Assembly: GCA_951406725.2 (NCBI GenBank)
Contig: OX597823.1
Coordinates: forward strand, 59,954,001 to 60,018,000
Source: Octopus vulgaris
Taxonomy: Eukaryota
Reading direction: 5' to 3'
Length of the DNA stretch: 64,000 nucleotides
Shown here one piece after another: positions 1 to 13,075 of this stretch. A program made the position numbers and the translations under genes. Numbering within the stretch: the first letter of the stretch is position 1; each line of letters opens with the position of its first letter. The notes beneath the pieces were generated by a model, which was not told the origin of the DNA, ran no database searches, and saw only the letters and a list, made by a program, of their open reading frames with translations.

Positions 1-91
1 AGAATCAGAGTAGCAACAGAGTAATCTGAATGCTATAACTAAAAATTACTGTCTACATTGATATCAGGTCCTTTTTCTCCTATCTCATGCT

Positions 92-128
<37 letters not shown>

Positions 129-799
129 CTTTCATTAAAAGCTGAAACTTCTTGTGCCATAGGTGAGCTTCCTGTTATTGACTGTTCAAAAGTCTGAAAT
201 AAAAGAAAGTATGTCACACTATGTGAGTAAAAGTATCCACAAATGCAACAATCTATGATTAGTCAACAGTACATTTGCTATCGAAAATTTTTTATCTATT
301 CATCACTATGCACAGAGGATGTGATATTTTCATCTATTCATGCACAGAAACACGTGATATTATAATATGCAGAAAGAAAAAAAAAAGGAAAATCCTGAGT
401 AGAGAAAATACTTCTTGTTGAAGTTTAAGTGTTGATGAATAAATGAATGTTTTTTTTTCTGTTTATTGTACAACCATCTTCTGTAGCATAGCAAATCCAT
501 TGTGTAGGAAATAAATGTTAGGTAGTTGGTAGTCAGAAACAGTACAATAAATAGCAAAGGATGTATATGTAATAATTCACCAATTTCGATCTTTTGTTGA
601 CAATTTCAAATGACTGTGATATCGTATGTTATTTATTATTTATTTTTTTTGTGAGTTCTTCTTGTCTACAACCAAATCCCTTCTTTAAAGGCTTTTCAAT
701 TCAGTAGTGATTTTATTCCAATTAGTGATTTAGACATCAATATTATTTGAACATAGGTATTATTATTAAATTTTGGCTTTCTTATGATAATTCTTTTGA

Positions 800-1510
800 A
801 TTAAATGTCGTTGCCAGGTATTATTTGATGTAGCCATGGTAGCATACATGGAGGTTAAGGTTTGTGAATTAATTAAAGTGTACATCTTAAAATTGCATTG
901 GAAGTGAGTACACACTGAAAGGTTAGGTATTTACAGTGATGATGGACTATTCATTTTGAAAAGTTTGAATGACCATATAATGGATTCTGTTAGGAATGGT
1001 ACATCAATATAGACAAAAAGCTGGGTTTAAAGATCACGCGAAATGAATCAAAATATAGTTATTTTCTTTATAACTCAAATTAATTTCTTGGATACAACTA
1101 GACACCATTTAATTCTTCCAACGTAGTAAACCTAACAAGAAATGATATTGCATTAATTCAAATTTCAGCAAATCTCAAATGATTTCAAAAGCTTTAGTTA
1201 TTAACATTAGTAAGTACATATCCAGCTTATTTCCTTATGGAGAATCCTTTAACCGAGTTATTCATTATTACAGTAACGTATTAAAAGTTGCTGATTTCAA
1301 ACATAGAACATATAATGTACAGAGCAACACTAATATTCATAAGAAAAAGAAAAATGAAAGATTATATGATGCAATCCTCCCTATAGTATAAATGTCTGTT
1401 CTGATGTTGTCAGGGTTTTTCTGTAACTGTGTATCTCAAATGATTATGTATTGACTGCAGTTATCATAAGATCCTTATTATAAGTATGTATCATAAGATC
1501 CGTAATAAAA
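800..1510 (+). mobile_element. Decayed Penelope-like element (Naiad-type) reverse transcriptase fragment
   Basis: Degenerate VCEL..VYIL (~858) and GIYSDDGL (~926) motifs. ORF 1179-1391 (KALVINISKYISSLF..ESFNRVIHYYSNVLK) resembles the PLE thumb region. Many stops and frameshifts. Confidence 0.65.
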
Positions 1511-1981
1511 ATATCATTAAAGAGACTGAGAAAATAATTAACAGACTTTGATAAAAATAAGTACTGGAATTGATTTGTTCAATTAAAACTTTTCAAGATG
1601 GTGTCCCAGCATGGCTGCAGTCCAATGACTGAAACAAGTAATAGAAGATAAAAAAATGTGAGCGGGAGTGTTACCAAAAGCTCTATTGTTACCAAATCTG
1701 TTATAAAAGAAATATTTTCAATACTATTACATGAAACTGTGTTCATAACAAATTCACAACCTGCATTCTTGACGAAACCTGGTTCTATAAAGGTATTTCT
1801 TTATCAAGCTATGGCTGTTGTGGCAGATTACAGTGGAGCAAAAATATATATGCAAGTCTCACTACAATATTTTTAGAAAAGTTTCTTGAAACATAAGTAT
1901 TATTTCAGAGGCACGGAAAATAACTTTATACTTCATTATGCAATCATATTTGGAATTTAAAGAATAGTAATAGTAATAACT

Positions 1982-2162
1982 GGTAGTGGCATGTGGCGTA
2001 GTGTTTAGGGTGTTGCACTCATGATCGTAAGGTTGTGGTTTCGACTGATGGACTGGGCGATACATTCTGTTCTTGTGCAAAACACTTCATTTCACGTTGT
2101 TCCAATCCACTCAGTTGGTAAAAATGAGTAATCTTGTGATGGAGCAGCATCCCACCCCGTGG
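1982..2162 (+). mobile_element. tRNA-headed SINE with Nin/Deu-like middle, 3'-truncated
   Basis: A-box/B-box-like head (tggcgtagtg..ggtttcgact) and middle ccactcagttggtaaaaatgagta; homologous to 54719-54966. Confidence 0.7.
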
Positions 2163-2208
<46 letters not shown>

Positions 2209-2841
2209 GTCAGAGTCCAAGAAACCAGCCTTATGATCCAATGACTTGGAAAGAAACGTTGATTTTTGTTTGTTTTAAGACTTACAAAAATCGTTTGTTC
2301 CTTATGTATCATTCATCTGTAAGCATTAATGGTTTCAGAGGGTGTGATTTATATCTCTTAGAGAAGTCCAAATCTATTAAATACTTCTTAAATTTGTAAT
2401 AAAAGTTCAGAATTGATGAATTCTTGCAAACACTTCCATTTATAATATTTTTTAAAAGTATTTCTAACAAGCAAGAAGCTAAAATATTTCATTTCTTACA
2501 TTACAAATTTACGAGGTGTTGAAATATAGTCGTATAATTTTAAAAAGATATTCGTTTCTACACCAATACCAAAGCAAGTGATGTTTGTCTTGATCATGAG
2601 ACACTTTTCATTCATAGTGCTGAAGACTTTTAAAAAAAATCACGCATTTTAGCAGCACCTAACAGATGAGGATATCGTATGTTCTGCACACAGTGATAAT
2701 TAGACAAATGTATAACACACTTTCTTGGAGCTAATTCAATTTTTTATGAATTGTTAATTCATTATATCTCAATGCTTTTCCAAATATGTTTACTAACATA
2801 TTTTATTAGGTAACTTCCCTTATTTCAATAATTTTAACAGT

Positions 2842-3237
2842 CAGGAGTGGCTGTGGGGTAAGTAGCTTGCTTATGAACCACATGATTCTGGGTTCAGTCC
2901 CACTGCGGGGCACCTTGGGCAAGTGTCTCCCACTATAGCCTCGGGCCGACCAAAGCCTTGTGAGTGGATTTGATAGACGGAAACTGAAAGAAGCCCGTCG
3001 TATATATGTATATGTATATATATATGTGTGTGCGTGTGTGTGTCTGTGTTTGTTCCCCCCAACATCGCTTGACAACCGATGCTGGTTTGTTTACATCCCC
3101 GTAACTTAGCAGTTCAGTAAAAGAGACCGATAGAATAAGTACTAGGCTTACAAAGAATAAGTCCTGGGGGCGATTTGTTCAACTAAAAGCGGTGCTCCAG
3201 CATGGCCACAGTCAAATGACAGAAACAAGTAAAAGAA
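2842..3237 (+). mobile_element. Full-length tRNA-derived SINE (family 1, internal microsatellite)
   Basis: A box tggctgtggggt, B box ggttcagtccc, ccttgggcaagt segment, tail cagcatggccacagtc..gaaacaagtaaaaga; closely similar copy at 49612-50012. Confidence 0.85.
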
Positions 3238-3442
3238 AGTCAGTAAAGAGAAATTCAGAGTTACAATTCAAGACAAACACAATTGTTTTATGATACTTAT
3301 AACAGCTGAGTCATCAACTAATAATGAGTATTTTGACTTTTATGTCACCACCTAACCCTTTGTGAAAAGCCAGAACAATCACATTTTTGATTCGACTCAT
3401 GCACATAGCACAATGTGACTTAACTTTTTCAAGTATATATTT

Positions 3443-3853
3443 AGGCGGCAGAAACGTTAGCACGCCGGGCGAATTGCTTAGCGGTATTTCATCTGCCATT
3501 ACATTCTGAGTTCAAATTCCGCCGAGATCAACTTTGCCTTTCATCCTTTTGGGGTCGAAAAAAATAAAGTACCAGTTACGCACTGGGGTCGATGTAATCG
3601 ACTTAATCCGTTTGTCTGTCCTTGTTTGTCCACTCTATGTTTAGCCCCTTGTGGGTAATAAAGAAATAGGTATTTCGTCTGCCATTACATTCTGAGTTCA
3701 AATTCCGCCTAGATCGACTTAGCCTTTCATCCTTTCGGGGTCGAAAAAATAAAGTACCAGTTACGCACTGGGGTCGATGTAATCGACTTAATCCGTTTGT
3801 CTGTCCTTGTTTGTCCCCTCTATGTTTAGCTCCTTGTGGGCAATAAAGAAATA
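3443..3853 (+). mobile_element. Meta-domain-like SINE with internal 186-bp tandem duplication
   Basis: gagttcaaattccgccgag..gcctttcatcctttcggggtcg..gtaccag domain; units start at 3483 and 3669. Confidence 0.85.
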
Positions 3854-5294
3854 TATATTTACTTTACTACAGCTTGTTATTAGACACATTTGGTAATCTG
3901 CCAAATAAATACAACAGTGAAATGCTGTTTGTACACATTTTTACATTCTTTGTATCTTGAGCATTAAACTTAGTCAGTATGTTTGACATTAAGTTTGCAC
4001 AACTATTAGCGTTCTTCTATTTTACAGGGTTCTCATGAGCAGATTTATGCATAAGAATAACAACACGGTATTTGGAAACTGTTTTATTATTCTTTCACAT
4101 ACAACACTCGAGCTGCTTTGCCACTGTCTGTCATCATTAGTATTCTACTATCTGATAATGAGCAAATGTTAATAAGATTAGGTGAAAGCTTACGAGAAGA
4201 CTATAGCAAGACAATCTTTTTATCTAATTAAACCACCATATTTACTGAACACCAAAACTCAAATCAAATATAATAAATCCCACAAAAAGCTCTTTCACCT
4301 TTTATCAGCTCAGTTAAGCAGCAAATTAAATATAGCAACATCAGTCTTTATATTAATGTGCAGTAAAGTTCTTGTTGCTTTGACTTGATAAGACTATGAA
4401 ATCCTCTATTTTAATAAAAAAAAACAATAATTTGGTTTAAAAAATGCATACCATGGGTCGGTATCTTGAATGCATATCAGCAAGGGAGCTAAACATTGCC
4501 AAAAAAAGAAAATGGAAAAAAAAAAAACTCATACCTTTCCAAACAACATTCTTTGCCATATTTATTTCTCACTGAATTACAATTACTCCCTTGTTGTTCA
4601 CAATACTGTCAAAAATGCATTGTACCTGTGATTAGTCCACTGGAGATCCATAACCAACGTCACCATTGTTTACCATAAACTGTAGTGGCCCAGGATTAGA
4701 AGTTTGTCAGAAAAACAATATTTTTTATCATATGGAAAATAGAAGGATTCAGCTTAATCATAAGGTAGATATTGAAATCCAGTGAGATAGAGGATTTTCC
4801 TCTCTAAGTCAGGTGGAAGACATATTTTATTTCCTTATTCAAATTATTTATTTCTTTACAGTTTAATATTTTGGTTGACTGAGACAATTTGGCAATGGTT
4901 CACATATGATTGTTTACCAAAAGAAGGAAATTTTAGAAATTATTATTGTTGTTGTTGCTGCTGATGTTCTTCTTGCTTTGTTTTTGCTTTGGTTTATTTT
5001 TAATACATATGCAGGTCAAAAATACAGGCAAGCTAATGCAAATACCTGATATATAATTTCAGTGTTTACTTACATGAGGCGCATAACCACATGCAGACAC
5101 ACACAAACATGCACACACACTAGAAGATATATCTACATTAGAAAACAGATCATACACAATAAATATATACAACATACAATTCAGATATATAGCATATATG
5201 ACATATATATAACTCAAAGACATACAATACAAACGCACGCATATATTTTGACATGTATATGTATGCATAAACATACATATATACAGACATGGAT

Positions 5295-5341
<47 letters not shown>

Positions 5342-5364
5342 AGAAAAAATATAATATATATATA

Positions 5365-5457
5365 TAACATTCTCACTAAGACTAGTGTAAAAGTGTAAAT
5401 AACAAACATAATATTCAACTGAAAGATTTTATATATAGATACATTCATACATATATA

Positions 5458-5510
<53 letters not shown>

Positions 5511-5630
5511 ATGTATTTATATGTAACTATGTGTGTTATATCTGCTTATGTACATATCTAATATGCATAAATATATATCTATATCTGTATCAGTATATAA
5601 TATGCATACATACATATATATAAATATATG

Positions 5631-5670
<40 letters not shown>

Positions 5671-5696
5671 AATATAATATATATATATATATTGTA

Positions 5697-5739
<43 letters not shown>

Positions 5740-5861
5740 CATACATTTATATATATGTATGTATGCATATTATATACTGATACAGATATAGATATAAATT
5801 TATGCATATTAGATATGTACATAAGCAGATATAACACACATAGTTACATATGAATACATAC

Positions 5862-5902
<41 letters not shown>

Positions 5903-6001
5903 AGTATATATGTATGTATGAATGTATCTATATATAAAATCTTTCAGTTGAATATTATGTTTGTTATGTACACTTTTACACTAGTCTTAGTGAGAATGTT
6001 A
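5365..6001. repeat. Long imperfect palindrome (about 300-bp arms)
   Basis: taacattctcactaagactagtgtaaaagtg.. at 5365 is mirrored by ..cacttttacactagtcttagtgagaatgtta ending at 6001. ORFs 5517-5837(-) and 5533-5853(+) are near-identical. Confidence 0.9.
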
Positions 6002-6968
6002 AATCATTATATACATAATTGAATTTCCATGAACATGCCATCAGATATCGGAAATGTGATTTATGTATTATTATTATTATATATTATTCAGAAACGCACT
6101 AGTCTTAAGTCCATGGTATGCATAGTGTATTATGGTTACAAAAGTTATTAGATTATTTTTAGCTTTAACTATTATAATGTTATAATCTTAATGTTTTGTT
6201 TCTGAATCCTGTCAAAGATGAAAAAAGTCTGCCTATATCTTCCCTTTTCAATAGGTTATCATAATTGTATGTATGTGAGTGTGTTTGCATGCATGCGTAT
6301 GTATAGATATATATGTATTTGTATGTATATACATGTATATGCACACACACACATATATATACATACACATATATATACATGCATATATATATATATACAC
6401 ATATATATATGCATACATATATACATTTATATATGTGTGTGTGAAAGTGTGTGGGTATGTATAAGAGTATATATATACATATACATTTATATATATATAT
6501 TTTTTTTCTTTCTTTTTCCTAATTTCAGCTCAGAGCTGCGGCCATGCTGATGCACCGCATATATATATATATATGTGCACATACATACATTATATGCCAT
6601 CAAAAGAATTCCATACGAAAACATCTGAAGTGAAGCTCCTAAAACTTGTCAGAATGATAGCTTTATAACAATTCCTGTATCCCATATCATCGCCAAATTT
6701 CTTGAATCCTGTCCTGATGCCGAATCTTGGTAATTTTGCCGAAGTATTTTTGTCATTTAAATCTTCTTAAACCACATGTCATGTTTGGGTAGAAAGACCT
6801 TGTCATATTTAGTGTATCAAATGGACATAAAAGAAAAAAAAAAAAAAATTGCTGCTGCTTATATGGAGCTCCGTGTATATATTGCAAATTTGTATGCATA
6901 TGGCAATGTAGGTTATTTCTTTGAACAATGTGTACATGCATATATAAATGTATATGTCCTGTATAATG

Positions 6969-7004
<36 letters not shown>

Positions 7005-7187
7005 TCATATATATATTCACATATATAATGATATATGTCTACATACAAATATTTGTGTATATACACATATAAATATATATATAAATATATATATATCCAG
7101 GCGATGATGATGATATGTGTATATATGTATATATATATATATATATATAAATATATATATATCCTGGCGATGATGATGATATGTGTA

Positions 7188-7273
<86 letters not shown>

Positions 7274-7807
7274 ATTTATATATATAAGTACCTATATGTG
7301 TATATGCGTATGTGCGTGTATGGAGTTGAGGTGTGGCTGGAGGTGGGTGAGTGTCTTATCAGTATGTCCAAAGGAATAGGCCTGAAGTTGCAGTGATATT
7401 TTTGAAGCAGTGGAGTGAAAGGAACAAGTGAGACCTCTACTGTCAATAAGACATTTAGAAAGAGACAGGAGATTAGAGGTAGCGAGACTTGTGGGGAATA
7501 CATTACGGGAATCAGAGGGAGTTCAACAGTGGTAACATTTTATATAGTCATGTACAATATATAATACATATTGTTACTGTTTTTGAATTAGAACTAGTCT
7601 ACAACGAAAGGCATTCTACCACAAATAATCTAGTATGGTATTCCAGACTGCATATTTCAGTGTTTTTTTTTTGTTTTTATTAAGACTATAGAGTGAACTA
7701 TGACTAAGTGAAGGATCTCTCGTTGTTTCATTATATTATATCGTTCATTTCATTTTTATATTGTCATTGTCATTCAGTCAAGTTCAGTAATGATTTAACT
7801 GTCATAT

Positions 7808-7992
7808 CGGTTTCAAATTTTGGCACAAGGTCAACTATTTCAAGGGAGGAATTAAGTTGATTACATCGACCCTAGTGCTTAACTCGTACTTATCTGATAT
7901 ACCCAAAAAGCATAAAAGGCAAAGTCGACCTTGGTGGAATTTGAACTTAGAAATTTGAACTCAGCATAACGATTTGATCAGCTTGTCACCTT
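7808..7992 (-). mobile_element. Meta-like SINE, decayed
   Basis: aaaggcaaagtcgaccttggtggaatttgaac is the reverse complement of the Meta-like domain. Confidence 0.7.
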
Positions 7993-8329
7993 CTGGTATA
8001 ACAGTCATATTACATATTAAGAAAGGCTGTCCATCAATGATCACCTCACCTTATTTTTCTAGATATAGTTTAATCATAAATGTTGACAAAGTATAATTTC
8101 AGAGCGAAAGAAAGAGAGTGAGAAACATGGCTGTTATTTTTAGCAGATCAAACAACCACAAAAGTACAAAATATTATTAAAATGATGTGTACATCTGATG
8201 GGAAACTGTTATGTTGCCACCTCAAAAAATGTTAATCAGACACTTGATGAAAGAGTCAAGCCTGCATTTTTTTCCCATGGGCATTGTGTATGCACGATCA
8301 CATTATCCAATGTTTAACTATTTTCTAAG

Positions 8330-8850
8330 GTTGTAGATTGCTTCCAAACCGCATGACCTTGTGTCCAGTTCCACTGTGTGGCATCTTGGGTAAGTGTCTT
8401 CAATTACAGATCCGAGCCTAGTGAGTGGATTTATTAGACAGAAACTGAAAGAAGCTTGTCGTATATTTCTGTGTATGTGTGTGTGTGTTAGTGTCACTTT
8501 GCCTTGATATTGTGTGGTTTTTGTAAACAAGTGTTAGGCACAGGCATGGCTGTGTGGCAAGAAGCTTGCTTCTCAACCACATGCTTCCAGGTTCAGTCCT
8601 ACTGCATGCCACCTTGAGCAATGATATATAGATATTTAAACATATATATACATATATACATATATATACATATATATATATATATACAACAAGTTTCTTT
8701 TTGTTTCCATCTGCCAAATCCACTCACAAGGCTTTGGTCAGCCTCAAGCTATAGTAGAAGATACTTGCCCAAAGTGCCATGCAGTGGGACTAAACCCAGA
8801 ACCATGTGATTGAGAAGCAAGTTTCTTACCACACAGCCATACCTGTGCCT
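8330..8850. mobile_element. Cluster of three family-1 SINE fragments (+, +, -)
   Basis: Head/body segments at about 8330-8470, 8537-8620 and (minus) 8690-8850 match 2842-3000. Confidence 0.75.
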
Positions 8851-10555
8851 ATATATTGAAATGTTAAAAATATAAGCTTTATTTTGTTTTTCATTACTAA
8901 TGTAACAATGATGTGACTTTCTTAATTACTTTTAATTAAAAATGTGTTTAAAAATTATTAAGTATCATTTATTCACTCCTAGATTGAATTTACTAAGAAA
9001 TATATAAATTAATTTTATATAAACTTGAAATATATGGATCTAATCAAAGAATGTTAGAGAGGATGACTTGATGAAAATACAGTCTAAAAAAAAAAAAGAA
9101 AAAGAAATTAATTTCTTTGACTATACTTCACCACAACAATAACAATGAGAACACCATTGTTGAGGATGAGGTAAGTTGTACAGAAATAAAAATGGTAAAA
9201 TGAGGAAGCATGAACAAGGGGTGGGGAGCAAATAGAATATTTCTGCAGCCTAAACAAGTATTTTTTAAAATTTGTCATTTGATGTTTCAGTAATCTGAAT
9301 CTCTTGTTCTGTTGCATTTAATTATCATAAACAGGAATAATAATGATTCTCAACATATTTGCAGGAATTCTTCTTCTGCAGTGTAATTTTGCCTGTGAGC
9401 ATGTTGGCATGTTGCAGTTCATGTGAAGAAATTTTTGACATTATATAACAAATAATAAATGTTTAAATGAAGTTAATTGTCTTTATGTGTTTTTGAATGG
9501 CCAACATGTGTCTTCCAGGCTTCAATCATTCTGCTTTCTTCTAACCATAAACTTCATAAAGATCTGTTTGTTTATGAAAAATAAACAGATTTCAATGGTT
9601 AATGCTAATTTACTAGCACTAAATATAACATGGTAATAAGCTCAGATAAATGATTTTTATAATTTATTTATTAATAAAAATATATTAATTGGCAGTTTCT
9701 GAGATTCAAAATATGATAAATATTTCTTTTCTTTCAATATTATGTTAACCTTGTAATATTTCAGCATGCCAGTATGATTAAGATCAGACGCTATGAAGTG
9801 AATTAATCTTTTGTAATTATCTTTTAATACAGCAGTTCCAACAAAGCCAGGACTTTGATCCCAATCTGCATTTAATTTTGGTATAACTTCACATCAAATA
9901 CCACATTTAAGAGCACCTTAAAACCATCACCACCACTACCACCAGCTATTGGTCCATCAAATCGATGAAGTTGCAAATGGTTTTATAAGGTTTGGTTGGT
10001 CAATGTGCTTCTTAGCTACTGCTACCCACTTGTATACCAGAACTGCTGTTGTTCAATTTGACTCAAAGCAGAGTACTTTTTAGTTTATAAATCTACTCTC
10101 CAATGTCAGATTTTAACACCGAATTATTCAAAAGATGACTATAGACTTCTCAGATATAATGCTATAAAAAGTTAATTGGCAAAACTTATGTATACCTAGT
10201 TAAATTTGTACACACTGTGTAAAGAATTGTGCAGATGATGATACAAGAAATTTTTGAAAACAGAGATGTAATGTAATAGAAAAATGTATTAAAAACAAAG
10301 TTAAAAAATCAATATAACAAATTTAATTTAAGTACATTTAATTTAGATGACAAATGTCAAAAAAAAAAAAAAAATTGCTACTACCTTTGAAATAGTTACA
10401 TCGAAAATTTTGCTACAGTGATGAAAATATTTAAAACAAAGAAAATTTACATATACTGATAATTTCTAACATGTTTTAACTTGAAATATTACATGTGTTT
10501 AAGATAGTAAAAGTTTATTCATAGAAGTAATTTAAACAATTGGCTATATATATTA

Positions 10556-11846
10556 TATGAGGGTGGATGACAAATTTCATTAGGCTGGCTATGAAGGAGT
10601 GATACTAATGTTGTGAAAGCTTGCAGGCATCAAGTTCAACACTTCTTATTAATAACTGCATTGTTTCTTCCTAGGTAAACTAACATTTAACTGTTCAAAG
10701 AAGATATCAAATGTGACTTGTAGTAAATTCTCTTGAAAGTGGACAAAATTTAGCATCGTGGTGTTATCAAGTACCTGCGGAAAATGGGTTCAACCCTCAA
10801 CGACATTCATGCTGATATCGTTGCTACATTAAGGGATGATGTTCTAACATTATTTATTGACAGCGCAAAAGTGAGCTGCTGAATTTAGGAGTGGAAAGGA
10901 GAGTGATGAAGATGACCCTAGGTCTAGATGTCCTCAACTGCCATCAATGAACAACAACATTGATCATGCTCACTACATGGTGATGAATGACAGGCAATTG
11001 ACTATAAATTAAATAGTCAATGTTCTTAGCATATCACATGAGAGAGTTGAGAATATTCTGCATAATGAACTTGGAAAGATGAAGGTTTCTTCTCAAAGAG
11101 CACCACGTCTTCTGACACCTGTTCAAAAGTGTACGAGGTTGATTACATCATGGGAAAATCTGACATTGTTTCATGCAGATCCAATTGGCTTCCTTAACCC
11201 ATGATGAGTGTTAGCTTCACCTCTGTGAGCCAGAGACAAAGAGACAATTTATGCAGTAGAAACACCCCCTCCTTATCTGTCCCAAAGAAGGTCAAGTTAG
11301 TTTCATCTGCAAGGAATGTGATGGTCTCAGTTTTGGGGGATGCAAAAGGCATTGTGTCTATTGACTATCTTTAAAAGGGCCACACCATTAATGCAGAGTA
11401 CTATGCCAACTTTCTGATGCAGTGACAAAAGGCTATCAAGACCAAACAGCTAGGAAGTCTTATGAAAGGGGTCTTGTTTCATCAGGGTAATGCTCCAGCA
11501 CACAAGTCCTTCGTTTCAATGGATGCTGTGCATGACTGTGGCTCTGTCATTAGTTGATCACACTCCCTATTCTTTTATTTGGTCCCATCTCACTATTACT
11601 TGTTCCCTAACATGAAAAAACCACTTGGATGGAGGCCAGTAGCATAGTGAAAATGATGTTATATCTGCTGCCGATTTTTTGACCAACAGGATAAAAGCTT
11701 TTTCACCAATGAGATCCAAGCACTGCAACATCGATGGAAAAAGTGTGTGGACTGTAAGGGGGACTACATTGAAAAATAAACATCATTTGGTTGCATTCTA
11801 TGAGAGTATATTGACCAGTCTATAAACGTTTCAGCTGACCTTTGTA
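10556..11846 (+). mobile_element. Mariner (Tc1/mariner) transposon, full length, pseudogenised transposase
   Basis: TA-flanked imperfect TIRs (tatgagggtggatgacaaatttcattaggctgg / ccagtctataaacgtttcagctgacctttgta). Remnants HRGVIKYLRK, PRLLTP, FHQGNAPAH, PSHYYLFP (YSPDLAPSD-like). About 1.3 kb. Confidence 0.88.
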
Positions 11847-12668
11847 AAGTATTTTCTTTAATTCAAAAATATCAACATAGAGATTAATCTCTTAGCATGA
11901 GGTTTATATACGCAGATTAAAACAGATCAGTATTCAGACAAACTATAACAGAACTTAATTTTCTTCAGTTATGGTAAATTTTCATATATAAATTTGTGGA
12001 TGTCCATAGCTGCATTTGTGTTCACACAGTCAAATGGATAATATGTATAAAAACATTTCAGGCCCATAATTTCTTTTTATAAAGTCAAATTCTTATGAGT
12101 TGAAAACTGACAGTTGTAGACGTAGAACAAAACAAATGTATTTATAAAGTTATTCTGTCAAGGCAATACCAAGGTAAAATGAAGGCTACTAAGAAAGAAT
12201 GAAATATGGGAATAAAATAACAGCTTATGCATGGTTATCTGTGACAGTTAATAATTAGGAAGCCCACAATTTTTCTCTTAAATAACCAAAACATTTCTCA
12301 TCAGATTATTCATTTCTGATTGGTTAAAATTTCTAATTAATACATTGACACATGTATCATGGCAGTTCATTGCTTACCTTTGTACAACAACCAGTAACAG
12401 GCCATGGTGGTTAACATGTTAATCAAAATTTCTGATTGACTAAAATAATATTTTATCAAAAAAAGTAAAACTAACATGGTTAGATCTTCATCTTAATCAA
12501 AAATGGTTGCCAGACTACTAGACTGATTGGTTCATATGATATACATATCAAAAGGCCACAGTTTTTTTCTATAGCCATGTGTTGACTAATATCATGTGAG
12601 TGAAATTTAGTTGATGGATACTGCACAGAATCTTTTCATACATACATACATATCTATCTATCTATCTA

Positions 12669-12706
<38 letters not shown>

Positions 12707-12712
12707 TATATA

Positions 12713-12870
12713 GCAAATGAAAGACAGAAGATGGAATATACGAGAATTTACTGTTAATCACGACAATTGTTTCGACATGTTTAGCATCAATTCCTCTTGG
12801 GTGGGACACTCAACAACTGGTTCAGGAGCATCTGGTGATGCAATTGTATCTCATTGGGTGATATTTGTCT
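12713..12870 (-). mobile_element. (TA)n-embedded PLE-terminal-type cassette with degenerate hammerhead fold
   Basis: Minus strand: tcac-ccaatga-[long stem II]-gaaa-caattg-tc-gtga; (TA)n on both sides. Confidence 0.5.
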
Positions 12871-12909
12871 ATATATACATACATATATACATATATGTAT
12901 ACATATACA

Positions 12910-13075
12910 TGTCTGTCGTTACGTTCTGAGTTCAAATTCAGCCGAGGTCCACTTTGCCTTTCATCCTCTTGGGGTCGATAAATAAAGTACCAGTTTCGCA
13001 CTGGGTCAATATAATCAACTAAATCCCTTTGTTTGTTCCCTCTATGTTTAGCCCCTTGTGGGTAGTAAAGAAATA
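12910..13075 (+). mobile_element. Meta-like SINE, 5'-truncated
   Basis: Same domain and tagccccttgtgggtagtaaagaaat tail as 3443-3853. Confidence 0.8.

Noticed and set aside
6596-6770. Minus-strand frame with PRFG..KKFG as a neuropeptide precursor exon
   Set aside because: No proper dibasic flanks or repeats, and a weak acceptor; likely chance.
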